In this document: positions 24,001-38,000 of the stretch, one piece after another
How positions within the stretch are numbered: position 1 is the stretch's first letter
How the letters are laid out: every line of letters starts with the position of its first letter
Source of the DNA: Eledone cirrhosa
Lineage: Eukaryota
Direction of reading: 5' to 3'
DNA: 64,000 nucleotides
Assembly (NCBI GenBank): GCA_964016885.1
Contig: OZ024744.1
Coordinates: 3,658,001 to 3,722,000 of the forward strand
The notes under the pieces: model-generated
What the model was told of the DNA's origin: nothing
The model's input: only the letters and a program-made list of their open reading frames with translations
The model's database searches: none
Position numbers and translations under genes: made by a program

Positions 24001-27000
24001 ATAGCTTGGTGAAGAACGAAGTTTTGGGGGAAGACAAGGTAGAGAAAGATAGCTTGGTGAAGAACGACGTTTTGTGGGAAGACAAGGTAGAGAAAGATAG
24101 CTTGGTGAAGAACGAAGTTTTGGGGGAAGACAAGGTAGAGAAAGATAGCTTGGTGAAGAACGAAGTTTTGGGGGAAGACAAGGTAGAGAAAGATAGCTTG
24201 GTGAAGAACGAAGTTTTGAGGGAAAACAAGGTAGAGAAAGATAGCTTGGTGAATAACGAAGTTTTGGGAGAAGACAAGGTGGAGAAAGATAGCTTGGTGA
24301 AGAACGAATTTTGAGGGAAGACAAGGTAGAGAAAGATAGCTTGGTGAAGAACGACGTTTTGTGGGAAGACAAGGTAGAGAAAGATAGATTGGTGAAGGAC
24401 GAAGTTTTGAGGGATGACAAGGTAGAGAAAGATGACTTGGTGAAGAACGAAGTTTTGGGGGAAGACAAGGTAGAGAAAGATAGCTTGGTGAAGAACGAAG
24501 TTTTGGGGGAAGACAAGGTAGAGAAAGATAGCTTGGTGAAGAACGAAGTTTTGGGGGAAGACAAGGTAGAGAAAGATAGCTTGGTGAAGAACGAAGTTTT
24601 GAGGGAAGACAAGGTAGAGAAAGATAGCTTGGTGAATAACGAAGTTTTGGGAGAATACAAGGTAGAGAAAGATAGCTTGATGAAGAACGATGTTTTGAGG
24701 GAAGACAAGGTAGAGAAAGATAGCTTGGTGAAGAACGACGTTTTGAGGGAAGACAAGGTAGAGAAAGATAGCTTGGTGAAGAACGACGTTTTGTGGGAAG
24801 ACAAGGTAGAGAAAGATAGCTTGGTGAAGAACGAAGTTTTGGGGGAAGACAAGGTAGAGAAAGATAGCTTGCGAAGAACGAAGTTTTGGGGGAAGACAAG
24901 GTAGAGAAAGATAGCTTGGTGAAGAACGAAGTTTTGGGGGAGGACAAGGTAGAGAAAGATAGCTTGGTGACGAACGAAGTTTTGACGGAAGACAAGGTAG
25001 AGAAAGATAGCTTGGTGAAGAATGACGTTTTGTGGGAAGACAAGGTAGAGAAAGATAGCTTGGTGAATAACGAAGTTTTGAGGCTAGACAAGGTAGAGAA
25101 AGATAGCTTGGTGAAGAACGAAGTTTTGGGGGAAGACAAGGTAGAGAAAGATAGCTTGGTGAAGAACGAAGTTTTGAGGGAAGACAAGGTAGAGAAAGAT
25201 AGCTTGGTGAAGAACGACGTTTTGTGGGAAGACAAGGTAGAGAAAGATAGCTTGGTGAAGAACGAAGTTTTGTGGGAAGTCAAGGTAGAGAAAGATAGCT
25301 TGGTGAAGAACGAAGTTTTGGGGGAAGACAAGGTAGAGAAATATAGCTTGGTGAACAACGAAGTTTTGGGGGAAGACAAGGTAGAAAAAGATAGCTTGGT
25401 AAAGAACGAAGTTTTGGGGAAAACAATGTAGAGAAAGATAGCTTGGTGAAGAACGAAGTTTTGGGGGAAGACAAGGTAGAGAAAGATAGCTTGGTGAAGA
25501 ACGAAGTTTTGAGGGAAGACAAGGTAGAGAAAGATAGCTTGGTGAATAACGAAGTTTTGGGAGAAGACAAGGTAGAGAAAGATAGCTTGGTGAAGAACGA
25601 CGTTTTGAGGGAAGACAAGGTAGAGAAAGATAGCTTGTTGAAGAACGAAGTTTTGGGGAAGACAATGTAGAGAAAGATAGCTTGGTGAAGAACGAAGTTT
25701 TGGGGGAAGACAAGGTAGAGAAAGATAGCTTGGTGAAGAACGAAGTTTTGGGGGAAGACAAGGTAGAGAAAGATAGCTTGGTGAAGAACGACGTTTTGAG
25801 GGAAGACAAGGTAGAGAAAGATAGCTTGGTGAAGAACGAAGTTTTGAGGGAAGACAATGTAGAGAAAGATAGCTTGGTGAAGAACGAAGTTTTGGGGGAA
25901 GACAAGGTAGAGAAAGATAGCTTGGTGAAGAAAGAAGTTTTGGGGGAAGACAAGGTAGAGAAGATAGCTTGGTGAATAACGAAGTTTTGGGAGAAGACAA
26001 GGTAGAGAAAGATAGCTTGGTGAAGAACGACGTTTTGAGGGAAGACAAGGTAGAGAAAGATAGCTTGGTGAAGAACGACGTTTTGTGGGAAGACAAGGTA
26101 GAGAAAGATAGCTTGGTGAAGAACGAAGTTTTGGGGGAAGACAAGGTAGAGAAAGATAGCTTGGTGAAGAACGAAGTTTTGGGGGAAGACAAGGTAGAGC
26201 AAGATAGCTTGGTGAAGAACGAAGTTTTGGGGGAAGACAAGGTAGAGAAAGATAGCTTGGTGAAGAACGACGTTTTGAGGGAAGACAAGGTAGAGAAAGA
26301 TAGCTTGGTGAAGAACGACGTTTTGTGGGAAGACAAGGTAGAGAAAGATAGCTTGGTGAAGAACGAAGTTTTGGGGGAAGACAAGGTAGAGAAAGATAGC
26401 TTGGTGAAGAACGAAGTTTTGGGGAAGACAATGTAGAGAAAGATAGCTTGGTGAAGAACGAAGTTTTGGGGGAAGACAAGGTAGAGAAAGATAGCTTGGT
26501 GAAGAACGAAGTTTTGAGGGAAGACAAGGTAGAGAAAGATAGCTTGGTGAATAACGAAGTTTTGGGAGAATACAAGGTAGAGAAAGATAGCTTGGTGAAG
26601 AACGATGTTTTGAGGGAAGACAAGGTAGAGAAAGATAGCTTGGTGAAGAACGACGTTTTGAGGGAAGACAAGGTAGAGAAAGATAGCTTGGTGAAGAACG
26701 ACGTTTTGTGGGAAGACAAGGTAGAGAAAGATAGCTTGGTGAAGAACGAAGTTTTGGGGGAAGACAAGGTAGAGAAAGATAGCTTGCGAAGAACGAAGTT
26801 TTGGGGGAAGACAAGGTAGAGAAAGATAGCTTGGTGAAGAACGAAGTTTTGGGGGAGGACAAGGTAGAGAAAGATAGCTTGGTGAAGAACGACGTTTTGA
26901 GGGAAGGCAAGGTAGAGAAAGATAGCTTGGTGACGAACGAAGTTTTGACGGAAGACAAGGTAGAGAAAGATAGCTTGGTGAAGAATGACGTTTTGTGGGA

Positions 27001-27050
27001 AGACAAGGTAGAGAAAGATAGCTTGGTGAATAACGAAGTTTTGAGGGTAG
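21060..27050 (+). repeat. Tandem higher-order duplication, period 3,017 bp (63 monomers minus 7), with internal single-monomer gain and loss
   Basis: Offsets 21294/24311, 21869/24886, 22426/25443, 23431/26448 and 23784/26801 equal 3,017, while 23000/25969 equals 2,969 (one monomer fewer). Markers TTGATGAAG, GTGACGAAC, GAGCAAG and GAGAAGATAG are shared. Confidence 0.88.
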
Positions 27051-28830
27051 ACAAGGTAGAGAAAGATAGCTTGGTGAAGAACGAAGCTTTGGGGGAAGAC
27101 AAGGTAGAGAAAGATAGCTTGGTGAAGAACGAAGTTTTGAGGGAAGACAAGGTAGAGAAAGATAGCTTGGTGAAGAACGACGTTTTGTGGGAAGACAAGG
27201 TAGAGAAAGATAGCTTGGTGAAGAACGAAGTTTTGTGGGAAGTCAAGGTAGAGAAAGATAGCTTGGTGAAGAACGAAGTTTTGGGGGAAGACAAGGTAGA
27301 GAAATATAGCTTGGTGAAGAACGAAGTTTTGAGGGAAGACAAGGTAGAGAAAGATAGCTTGGTGAAGAAAGAAGTTTTGGGGGAAGACAAGGTAGAGAAG
27401 ATAGCTTGGTGAATAACGAAGTTTTGGGAGAAGACAAGGTAGAGAAAGATAGCTTGGTGAAGAACGACGTTTTGAGGGAAGACAAGGTAGAGAAAGATAG
27501 CTTGGTGAAGAACGACGTTTTGTGGGAAGACAAGGTAGAGAAAGATAGCTTGGTGAAGAACGAAGTTTTGGGGGAAGACAAGGTAGAGAAAGATAGCTTG
27601 GTGAAGAACGAAGTTTTGGGGGAAGACAAGGTAGAGCAAGATAGCTTGGTGAAGAACGAAGTTTTGGGGGAAGACAAGGTAGAGAAAGATAGCTTGGTGA
27701 AGAACGACGTTTTGAGGGAAGACAAGGTAGAGAAAGATAGCTTGGTGAAGAACGACGTTTTGTGGGAAGACAAGGTAGAGAAAGATAGCTTGGTGAAGAA
27801 CGACGTTTTGAGGGAAGACAAGGTAGAGAAAGATAGCTTGGTGAAGAACGACGTTTTGTGGGAAGACAAGGTAGAGAAAGATAGCTTGGTGAAGAACGAA
27901 GTTTTGGGGAAGACAATGTAGAGAAAGATAGCTTGGTGAAGAACGAAGTTTTGGGGGAAGACAAGGTAGAGAAAGATAGCTTGGTGAAGAACGAAGTTTT
28001 GAGGGAAGACAAGGTAGAGAAAGATAGCTTGGTGAATAACGAAGTTTTGGGAGAATACAAGGTAGAGAAAGATAGCTTGGTGAAGAACGATGTTTTGAGG
28101 GAAGACAAGGTAGAGAAAGATAGCTTGGTGAAGAACGACGTTTTGAGGGAAGACAAGGTAGAGAAAGATAGCTTGGTGAAGAACGACGTTTTGTGGGAAG
28201 ACAAGGTAGAGAAAGATAGCTTGGTGAAGAACGAAGTTTTGGGGGAAGACAAGGTAGAGAAAGATAGCTTGCGAAGAACGAAGTTTTGGGGGGAAGACAA
28301 GGTAGAGAAAGATAGCTTGGTGAAGAACGAAGTTTTGGGGGAGGACAAGGTAGAGAAAGATAGCTTGGTGAAGAACGACGTTTTGAGGGAAGGCAAGGTA
28401 GAGAAAGATAGCTTGGTGACGAACGAAGTTTTGACGGAAGACAAGGTAGAGAAAGATAGCTTGGTGAAGAATGACGTTTTGTGGGAAGACAAGGTAGAGA
28501 AAGATAGCTTGGTGAATAACGAAGTTTTGAGGGTAGACAAGGTAGAGAAAGATAGCTTGGTGAAGAACGAAGCTTTGGGGGAAGACAAGGTAGAGAAAGA
28601 TAGCTTGGTGAAGAACGAAGTTTTGAGGGAAGACAAGGTAGAGAAAGATAGCTTGGTGAAGAACGACGTTTTGTGGGAAGACAAGGTAGAGAAAGATAGC
28701 TTGGTGAAGAACGAAGTTTTGTGGGAAGTCAAGGTAGAGAAAGATAGCTTGGTGAAGAACGAAGTTTTGGGGGAAGACAAGGTAGAGAAATATAGCTTGG
28801 TGAAGAACGAAGTTTTGAGGGAAGACAAGG
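25920..28830 (+). repeat. Tandem duplication, period 1,437-1,485 bp (30-31 monomers)
   Basis: Offsets 25969/27406 (1,437) and 26448/27933 (1,485). The private GAAGCTTTG (HindIII) variant is at about 27084 and 28570. Confidence 0.8.
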
Positions 28831-31800
28831 TAGAGAAAGATAGCTTGGTGAATAACGAAGTTTTGGGAGAAGACAAGGTAGAGAAAGATAGCTTGGTGAA
28901 GAACGACGTTTTGAGGGAAGACAAGGTAGAGAAAGATAGCTTGTTGAAGAACGAAGTTTTGGGGAAGACAATGTAGAGAAAGATAGCTTGGTGAAGAACG
29001 AAGTTTTGGGGGAAGACAAGGTAGAGAAAGATAGCTTGGTGAAGAACGAAGTTTTGGGGGAAGACAAGGTAGAGAAAGATAGCTTGGTGAAGAACGACGT
29101 TTTGAGGGAAGACAAGGTAGAGAAAGATAGCTTGGTGAAGAACGAAGTTTTGAGGGAAGACAATGTAGAGAAAGATAGCTTGGTGAAGAACGAAGTTTTG
29201 GGGGAAGACAAGGTAGAGAAAGATAGCTTGGTGAAGAAAGAAGTTTTGGGGGAAGACAAGGTAGAGAAAGATAGCTTGGTGAATAACGAAGTTTTGGGAG
29301 AAGACAAGGTAGAGAAAGATAGCTTGGTGAAGAACGACGTTTTGAGGGAAGACAAGGTAGAGAAAGATAGCTTGGTGAAGAACGACGTTTTGTGGGAAGA
29401 CAAGGTAGAGAAAGATAGCTTGGTGAAGAACGAAGTTTTGGGGGAAGACAAGGTAGAGAAAGATAGCTTGGTGAAGAACGAAGTTTTGGGGGAAGACACG
29501 GTAGAGAAAGATAGCTTGGTGAAGAACGAAGTTTTGGGGGAAGACAAGGTAGAGAAAGATAGCTTGGTGAAGAACGACGTTTTGAGGGAAGACAAGGTAG
29601 AGAAAGATAGCTTGGTGAAGAACGACGTTTTGTGGGAAGACAAGGTAGAGAAAGATAGCTTGGTGAAGAACGAAGTTTTGGGGGAAGACAAGGTAGAGAA
29701 AGATAGCTTGGTGAAGAACGAAGTTTTGGGGAAGACAATGTAGAGAAAGATAGCTTGGTGAAGAACGAAGTTTTGGGGGAAGACAAGGTAGAGAAAGATA
29801 GCTTGGTGAAGAACGAAGTTTTGAGGGAAGACAAGGTAGAGAAAGATAGCTTGGTGAATAACGAAATTTTGGGAGAAGACAAGGTAGAGAAAGATAGCTT
29901 GGTGAAGAACGACGTTTTGAGGGAAGACAAGGTAGAGAAAGATAGCTTGGTGAAGAACGAAGTTTTGGGGAAGACAATGTAGAGAAAGATAGCTTGGTGA
30001 AGAACGAAGTTTTGGGGGAAGACAAGGTAGAGAAAGATAGCTTGGTGAAGAACGAAGATTTGGGAGAAGACAAGGTAGAGAAAGATAGTTGGTGAAGAAC
30101 GAAGTTTTGAAGGAAGACAAGGCAGAGAAAGATAGCTTGGTGAAGAACGAAGTTTTGAGGGAATTCAAGGTAGAGAAAGATAGCTTGGTGAAGAACGAAG
30201 TTTTGGGGGAAGACAAGGTAGAGAAAGATAGCTTGGTGAAGAACGAAGTTTTGGGGGAAGACAAAGTAGAGAAAGATAGCTTGGTGAACAACGAAGTTTT
30301 GGGGGAAGACAAGGTAGAAAAAGATAGCTTGGTAAAGAACGAAGTTTTGGGGAAAACAATGTAGAGAAAGATAGCTTGGTGAAGAACGAAGTTTTGGGGG
30401 AAGACAAGGTAGAGAAAGATAGCTTGGTGAAGAACGAAGTTTTGGGGAAGACAATGTAGAGAAAGATAGCTTGGTGAAGAACGAAGTTGTGGGGGAAGAC
30501 AAGGTAGAGAAAGATAGCTTGGTGAAGAACGAAGTTTTGGGGGAAGACAAGGTAGAGAAAGATAGCTTGGTGAAGAACGACGTTTTGAGGGAAGACAAGG
30601 TAGAGAAAGATAGCTTGGTGAAGAACGATGTTTTGGGGAAGACACTGTAGAGAAAGATAGCTTGGTGAAGAACGAAGTTTTGAGGGAAGACAAGGTAGAG
30701 AAAGATAGCTTGGTGAATAACGAAGTTTGGGAGAAGACAAGGTAGAGAAAGATAGTTGGTGAAGAACGAAGTTTTGAGGGAAGACAAGGTAGAGAAAGAT
30801 AGCTTGGTGAAGAACGACGTTTTGAGGGAAGACAAGGTAGAGAAAGATAGCTTGGTGAAGAACGACGTTTTGTGGGAAGACAAGGTAGAGAAAGATAGCT
30901 TGGTGAAGAACGAAGTCTTGGGGGAAGACAAGGTAGAGAAAGATAGCTTGGTGAAGAACGAAGTTTTGGGGAAGACAATGTAGAGAAAGATAGCTTGGTG
31001 AAGAACGAAGTTTTGGGGGAAGACAAGGTAGAGAAAGATAGCTTGGTGAAGAACGAAGTTTTGAGGGAAGACAAGGTAGAGAAAGATAGCTTGGTGAATA
31101 AAGAAGTTTTGGGAGAAGACAAGGTAGAGAAAGATAGCTTGGTGAAGAACGACGTTTTGAGGGAAGACAAGGTAGAGAAAGATAGCTTGGTGAAGAACGA
31201 AGTTTTGGGGAAGACAATGTAGAGAAAGATAGCTTGGTGAAGAACGAAGTTTTGGGGGAAGACAAGGTAGAGAAAGATAGCTTGGTGAAGAACGAAGTTT
31301 TGAGGGAAGACAAGGTAGAGAAAGATAGCTTGGTGAATAACGAAGTTTTGGGAGAAGACAAGGTAGAGAAAGATAGTTGGTGAAGAACGAAGTTTTGAAG
31401 GAAGACAAGGCAGAGAAAGATAGCTTGGTGAAGAACGAAGTTTTGAGGGAAGACAAGGTAGAGAAAGATAGCTTGGTGAAGAACGACGTTTTGTGGGAAG
31501 ACAAGGTAGAGAAAGATAGCTTGGTGAAGAACGAAGTTTTGGGGGAAGACAAGGTAGAGAAAGATAGCTTGGTGAAGAACGAAATTTTGGGGGAAGACAA
31601 GGTAGAGAAAGATAGCTTGGTGAAGAAAGAAGTTTTGAAGGAAGACAAGGCAGAGAAAGATAGCTTGGTGAAGAACGAAGTTTTGAGAGAAGACAAGGTA
31701 GAGAAAGATAGCTTGGTGAAGAACGAAGTTTTGAGGGAAGACAGGTAGAGAAAGATAGCTTGGTGAATAACGAAGTTTTGGGAGAAGACAATGTCGAGAA

Positions 31801-33769
31801 AGATAGCTTGGTGAAGAACGAAGTTTTGAGGGAAGACAAGGTAGAGAAAGATAGCTTGGTGAAGAACGAAGTTTTGGGGGAAGACAAGGTAGAGAAAGAT
31901 AGCTTGGTGAAGAACGAAGTTTTGGGGGAAGACAAGGTAGAGAAAGATAGCTTGGTGAAGAACGAAGTTTTGAGGGAAGACAAGGTAGAGAAAGATAGCT
32001 TGGTGAAGAACGACGTTTTGTGGGAAGAGAAGGTAGAGAAAGATAGCTTGGTGAAGAACGAAGTTTTGTGGGAAGTCAAGGTAGAGAAAGATAGCTTGGT
32101 GAAGAACGAAGTTTTGGGGGAAGACAAGGTAGAGAAAGATAGCTTGGTGAAGAACGAAGTTTTGGGGGAAGACAAGGTAGAGAAAGATAGCTTGGTGAAC
32201 AACGAAGTTTTGGGGGAAGACAAGGTAGAAAAAGATAGCTTGGTAAAGAACGAAGTTTTGGGGAAAACAATGTAGAGAAAGATAGCTTGGTGAAGAACGA
32301 AGTTTTGGGGGAAGACAAGGTAGAGAAAGATAGCTTGGTGAAGAACGAAGTTTTGGGGAAGACAATGTAGAGAAAGATAGCTTGGTGAAGAACGAAGTTG
32401 TGGGAGAAGACAAGGTAGAGAAAGATAGCTTGGTGAAGAACGACGTTTTGAGGGAAGACAAGGTAGAGAAAGATAGCTTGGTGAAGAACGATGTTTTGGG
32501 GAAGACACTGTAGAGAAAGATAGCTTGGTGAAGAACGAAGTTTTGAGGGAAGACAAGGTAGAGAAAGATAGCTTGGTGAATAACGAAGTTTGGGAGAAGA
32601 CAAGGTAGAGAAAGATAGTTGGTGAAGAACGAAGTTTTGAGGGAAGACAAGGTAGAGAAAGATAGCTTGGTGAAGAACGACGTTTTGAGGGAAGACAAGG
32701 TAGAGAAAGATAGCTTGGTGAAGAACGACGTTTTGTGGGAAGACAAGGTAGAGAAAGATAGCTTGGTGAAGAACGAAGTTTTGGGGGAAGACAAGGTAGA
32801 GAAAGATAGCTTGGTGAAGAACGAAGTTTTGGGGAAGACAATGTAGAGAAAGATAGCTTGGTGAAGAACGAAGTTTTGGGGGAAGACAAGGTAGAGAAAG
32901 ATAGCTTGGTGAAGAACGAAGTTTTGAGGGAAGACAAGGTAGAGAAAGATAGCTTGGTGAATAACGAAGTTTTGAGGGAAGACAATGTAGAGAAAGATAG
33001 CTTGGTGAATAACGAAGTTTTGGGAGAAGACAAGGTAGAGAAAGATAGTTGGTGAAGAACGAAGTTTTGAAAGAAGACAAGGCAGAGAAAGATAGCTTGG
33101 TGAAGAACGAAGTTTTGAGGGAAGACAAGGTAGAGAAAGATAGCTTGGTGAAGAACGACGTTTTGTGGGAAGACAATGTAGAGAAAGATAGCTTGGTGAA
33201 GAACGACGTTTTGGGAGAAGACAAGGTAGAGAAAGATAGCTTGGTGAAGAACGACGTTTTGAGGGAAGACAAGGTAGAGAAAGATAGCTTGGTGAAGAAC
33301 GAAGTTTTGGGGAAGACAATGTAGAGAAAGATAGCTTGGTGAAGAACGAAGTTTTGGGGGAAGACAAGGTAGAGAAAGATAGCTTGGTGAAGAACGAAGT
33401 TTTGAGGGAAGACAATGTAGAGAAAGATAGCTTGGTGAATAACGAAGTTTTGGGAGAAGACAAGGTAGAGAAAGATAGTTGGTGAAGAACGAAGTTTTGA
33501 AAGAAGACAAGGCAGAGAAAGATAGCTTGGTGAAGAACGAAGTTTTGAGGGAAGACAAGGTAGAGAAAGATAGCTTGGTGAAGAACGACGTTTTGTGGGA
33601 AGACAAGGTAGAGAAAGATAGCTTGGTGAAGAACGAAGTTTTGGGGGAAGACAAGGTAGAGAAAGATAGCTTGGTGAAGAACGAAGTTTTGGGGGAAGAC
33701 AAGGTAGAGAAAGATAGCTTGGTGAAGAACGAAGTTTTGAGGGAAAACAAGGTAGAGAAAGATAGCTTG

Positions 33770-35010
33770 GTGAATAACGAAGTTTTGGGAGAAGACAAGG
33801 TGGAGAAAGATAGCTTGGTGAAGAACGAAATTTGAGGGAAGACAAGGTAGAGAAAGATAGCTTGGTGAAGAACGACGTTTTGTGGGAAGACAAGGTAGAG
33901 AAAGATAGATTGGTGAAGGACGAAGTTTTGAGGGATGACAAGGTAGAGAAAGATGACTTGGTGAAGAAGGAAGTTTTGGGGGAAGACAAGGTAGAGAAAG
34001 ATAGCTTGGTGAAGAACGAAGTTTTGGGGGAAGAGAAGGTAGAGAAAGATAGCTTGGTGAAGAACGAAGTTTTGGGGGAAGACAAGGTAGAGAAAGATAG
34101 CTTGGTGAAGAACGAAGTTTTGAGGGAAGACAAGGTAGAGAAAGATAGCTTGGTGAATAACGAAGTTTTGGGAGAATACAAGGTAGAGAAAGATAGCTTG
34201 GTGAAGAACGATGTTTTGAGGGAAGACAAGGTAGAGAAAGATAGCTTGGTGAAGAACGACGTTTTGAGGGAAGACAAGGTAGAGAAAGATAGCTTGGTGA
34301 AGAACGACGTTTTGTGGGAAGACAAGGTAGAGAAAGATGACTTGGTGAAGAACGAAGTTTTGGGGGAAGACAAGGTAGAGAAAGATAGCTTGGTGAATAA
34401 CGAAGTTTTGGGAGAAGACAAGGTGGAGAAAGATAGCTTGGTGAAGAACGAAATTTGAGGGAAGACAAGGTAGAGAAAGATAGCTTGGTGAAGAACGACG
34501 TTTTGTGGGAAGACAAGGTAGAGAAAGATAGATTGGTGAAGGACGAAGTTTTGAGGGATGACAAGGTAGAGAAAGATGACTTGGTGAAGAAGGAAGTTTT
34601 GGGGGAAGACAAGGTAGAGAAAGATAGCTTGGTGAAGAACGAAGTTTTGGGGGAAGACAAGGTAGAGAAAGATAGCTTGGTGAAGAACGAAGTTTTGGGG
34701 GAAGACAAGGTAGAGAAAGATAGCTTGGTGAAGAACGAAGTTTTGAGGGAAGACAAGGTAGAGAAAGATAGCTTGGTGAATAACGAAGTTTTGGGAGAAT
34801 ACAAGGTAGAGAAAGATAGCTTGGTGAAGAACGATGTTTTGAGGGAAGACAAGGTAGAGAAAGATAGCTTGGTGAAGAACGACGTTTTGAGGGAAGACAA
34901 GGTAGAGAAAGATAGCTTGGTGAAGAACGACGTTTTGTGGGAAGACAAGGTAGAGAAAGATGACTTGGTGAAGAACGAAGTTTTGGGGGAAGACAAGGTA
35001 GAGAAAGATA
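33770..35010 (+). repeat. Tandem duplication, period 623 bp (13 monomers minus 1)
   Basis: ORF starts 33832/34455. The private variants GAAATTTGAGG and GAAGAAGGAAG are in both copies. Confidence 0.88.
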
Positions 35011-38000
35011 GCTTGGTGAAGAACGAAGTTTTGGGGGAGGACAAGGTAGAGAAAGATAGCTTGGTGAAGAACGACGTTTTGAGGGAAGGCAAGGTAGAGA
35101 AAGATAGCTTGGTGAAGAACGAAGTTTTGACGGAAGACAAGGTAGAGAAAGATAGCTTGGTGAAGAATGACGTTTTGTGGGAAGACAAGGTAGAGAAAGA
35201 TAGCTTGGTGAATAACGAAGTTTTGAGGGAAGACAAGGTAGAGAAAGATAGCTTGGTGAAGAACGAAGTTTTGAGGGAAGACAAGGTAGAGAAAGATAGC
35301 TTGGTGAAGAACGACGTTTTGTGGGAAGACAAGGTAGAGAAAGATAGCTTGGTGAAGAACGAAGTTTTGTGGGAAGTCAAGGTAGAGAAAGATAGCTTGG
35401 TGAAGAACGAAGTTTTGGGGGAAGACAAGGTAGAGAAATATAGCTTGGTGAACAACGAAGTTTTGGGGGAAGACAAGGTAGAAAAAGATAGCTTGGTAAA
35501 GAACGAAGTTTTGGGGAAAACAATGTAGAGAAAGATAGCTTGGTGAAGAACGAAGTTTTGGGGGAAGACAAGGTAGAGAAAGATAGCTTGGTGAAGAACG
35601 AAGTTTTGAGGGAAGACAAGGTAGAGAAAGATAGCTTGGTGAATAACGAAGTTTTGGGAGAAGACAAGGTAGAGAAAGATAGCTTGGTGAAGAACGAAAT
35701 TTTGAGGGAAGACAAGGTAGAGAAAGATAGCTTGGTGAAGAACGAAGTTTGGGGGAAGACAATGTAGAGAAAGATAGCTTGGTGAAGAACGAAGTTTTGG
35801 GGGAAGACAAGGTAGAGAAAGATAGCTTGGTTAAGAACGAAGTTTTGGGGGAAGACAAGGTAGAGAAAGATAGCTTGGTGAAGAACGACGTTTTGAGGGA
35901 AGACAAGGTAGAGAAAGATAGCTTGGTGAAGAACGAAGTTTTGGGGAAGACAGTGTAGAGAAAGATAGCTTGGTGAAGAACGAAGTTTTGGGGGAAGACA
36001 AGGTAGAGAAAGATAGCTTGGTGAAGAACGAAGTTTTGGGGGAAGACAAGGTAGAGAAAGATAGCTTGGTGAATAACGAAGTTTTGGGAGAAGACAAGGT
36101 AGAGAAAGATAGCTTGGTGAAGAACGACGTTTTGAGGGAAGACAAGGTAGAGAAAGATAGCTTGGTGAAGAACGACGTTTTGTGGGAAGACAAGGTAGAG
36201 AAAGATAGCTTGGTGAAGAACGAAGTTTTGGGGGAAGACAAGGTAGAGAAAGATAGCTTGGTGAAGAACGAAGTTTTGGGGGAAGACAAGGTAGAGAAAG
36301 ATAGCTTGGTGAAGAACGAAGTTTTGGGGGAAGACAAGGTAGAGAAAGATAGCTTGGTGAAGCACGACGTTTTGAGGGAAGACAAGGTAGAGAAAGATAG
36401 CTTGGTGAAGAACGACGTTTTATGGGAAGACAAGGTAGAGAAAGATAGCTTGGTGAAGAACGAAGTTTTGGGGGAAGACAAGGTAGAGAAAGATAGCTTG
36501 GTGAAGAACGAAGTTTTGGGGAAGACAATGTAGAGAAAGATAGCTTGGTGAAGAACGAAGTTTTGGGGGAAGACAAGGTAGAGAAAGATAGCTTGGTGAA
36601 GAACGAAGTTTTGAGGGAAGACAAGGTAGAGAAAGATAGCTTGGTGAAGAACGACGTTTTGAGGGAAGACAAGGTAGAGAAAGATAGCTTGGTGAAGAAC
36701 GATGTTTTGGGGAAGACACTGTAGAGAAAGATAGCTTGGTGAAGAACGAAGTTTTGAGGGAAGACAAGGTAGAGAAAGATAGCTTGGTGAATAACGAAGT
36801 TTGGGAGAAGACAAGGTAGAGAAAGATAGTTGGTGAAGAACGAAGTTTTGAGGGAAGACAAGGTAGAGAAAGATAGCTTGGTGAAGAACGACGTTTTGAG
36901 GGAAGACAAGGTAGAGAAAGATAGCTTGGTGAAGAACGACGTTTTGTGGGAAGACAAGGTAGAGAAAGATAGCTTGGTGAAGAACGAAGTTTTGGGGGAA
37001 GACAAGGTAGAGAAAGATAGCTTGGTGAAGAACGAAGTTTTGGGGAAGACAATGTAGAGAAAGATAGCTTGGTGAAGAACGAAGTTTTGGGGGAAGACAA
37101 GGTAGAGAAAGATAGCTTGGTGAAGAACGAAGTTTTGAGGGAAGACAAGGTAGAGAAAGATAGCTTGGTGAATAACGAAGTTTTGGGAGAAGACAAGGTA
37201 GAGAAAGATAGTTGCTGAAGAACGAAGTTTTGAAGGAAGACAAGGCAGAGAAAGATAGCTTGGTGAAGAACGAAGTTTTGAGGGAAGACAAGGTAGAGAA
37301 AGATAGCTTGGTGAAGAACGACGTTTTGTGGGAAGACAAGGTAGAGAAAGATAGCTTGGTGAAGAACGAAGTTTTGGGGGAAGACAAGGTAGAGAAAGAT
37401 AGCTTGGTGAAGAACGAAGTTTTGGGGGAAGACAAGGTAGAGAAAGATAGCTTGGTGAAGAACGAAGTTTTGAGGGAAAACAAGGTAGAGAAAGATAGCT
37501 TGGTGAATAACGAAGTTTTGGGAGAAGACAAGGTGGAGAAAGATAGCTTGGTGAAGAACGAATTTTGAGGGAAGACAAGGTAGAGAAAGATAGCTTGGTG
37601 AAGAACGACGTTTTGTGGGAAGACAAGGTAGAGAAAGATAGATTGGTGAAGGACGAAGTTTTGAGGGATGACAAGGTAGAGAAAGATGACTTGGTGAAGA
37701 ACGAAGTTTTGGGGGAAGACAAGGTAGAGAAAGATAGCTTGGTGAAGAACGAAGTTTTGGGGGAAGACAAGGTAGAGAAAGATAGCTTGGTGAAGAACGA
37801 AGTTTTGGGGGAAGACAAGGTAGAGAAAGATAGCTTGGTGAAGAACGAAGTTTTGGGGGAAGACAAGGTAGAGAAAGATAGCTTGGTGAAGCACGACGTT
37901 TTGAGGGAAGACAAGGTAGAGAAAGATAGCTTGGTGAAGAACGACGTTTTGTGGGAAGACAAGGTAGAGAAAGATAGCTTGGTGAAGAACGAAGTTTTGG

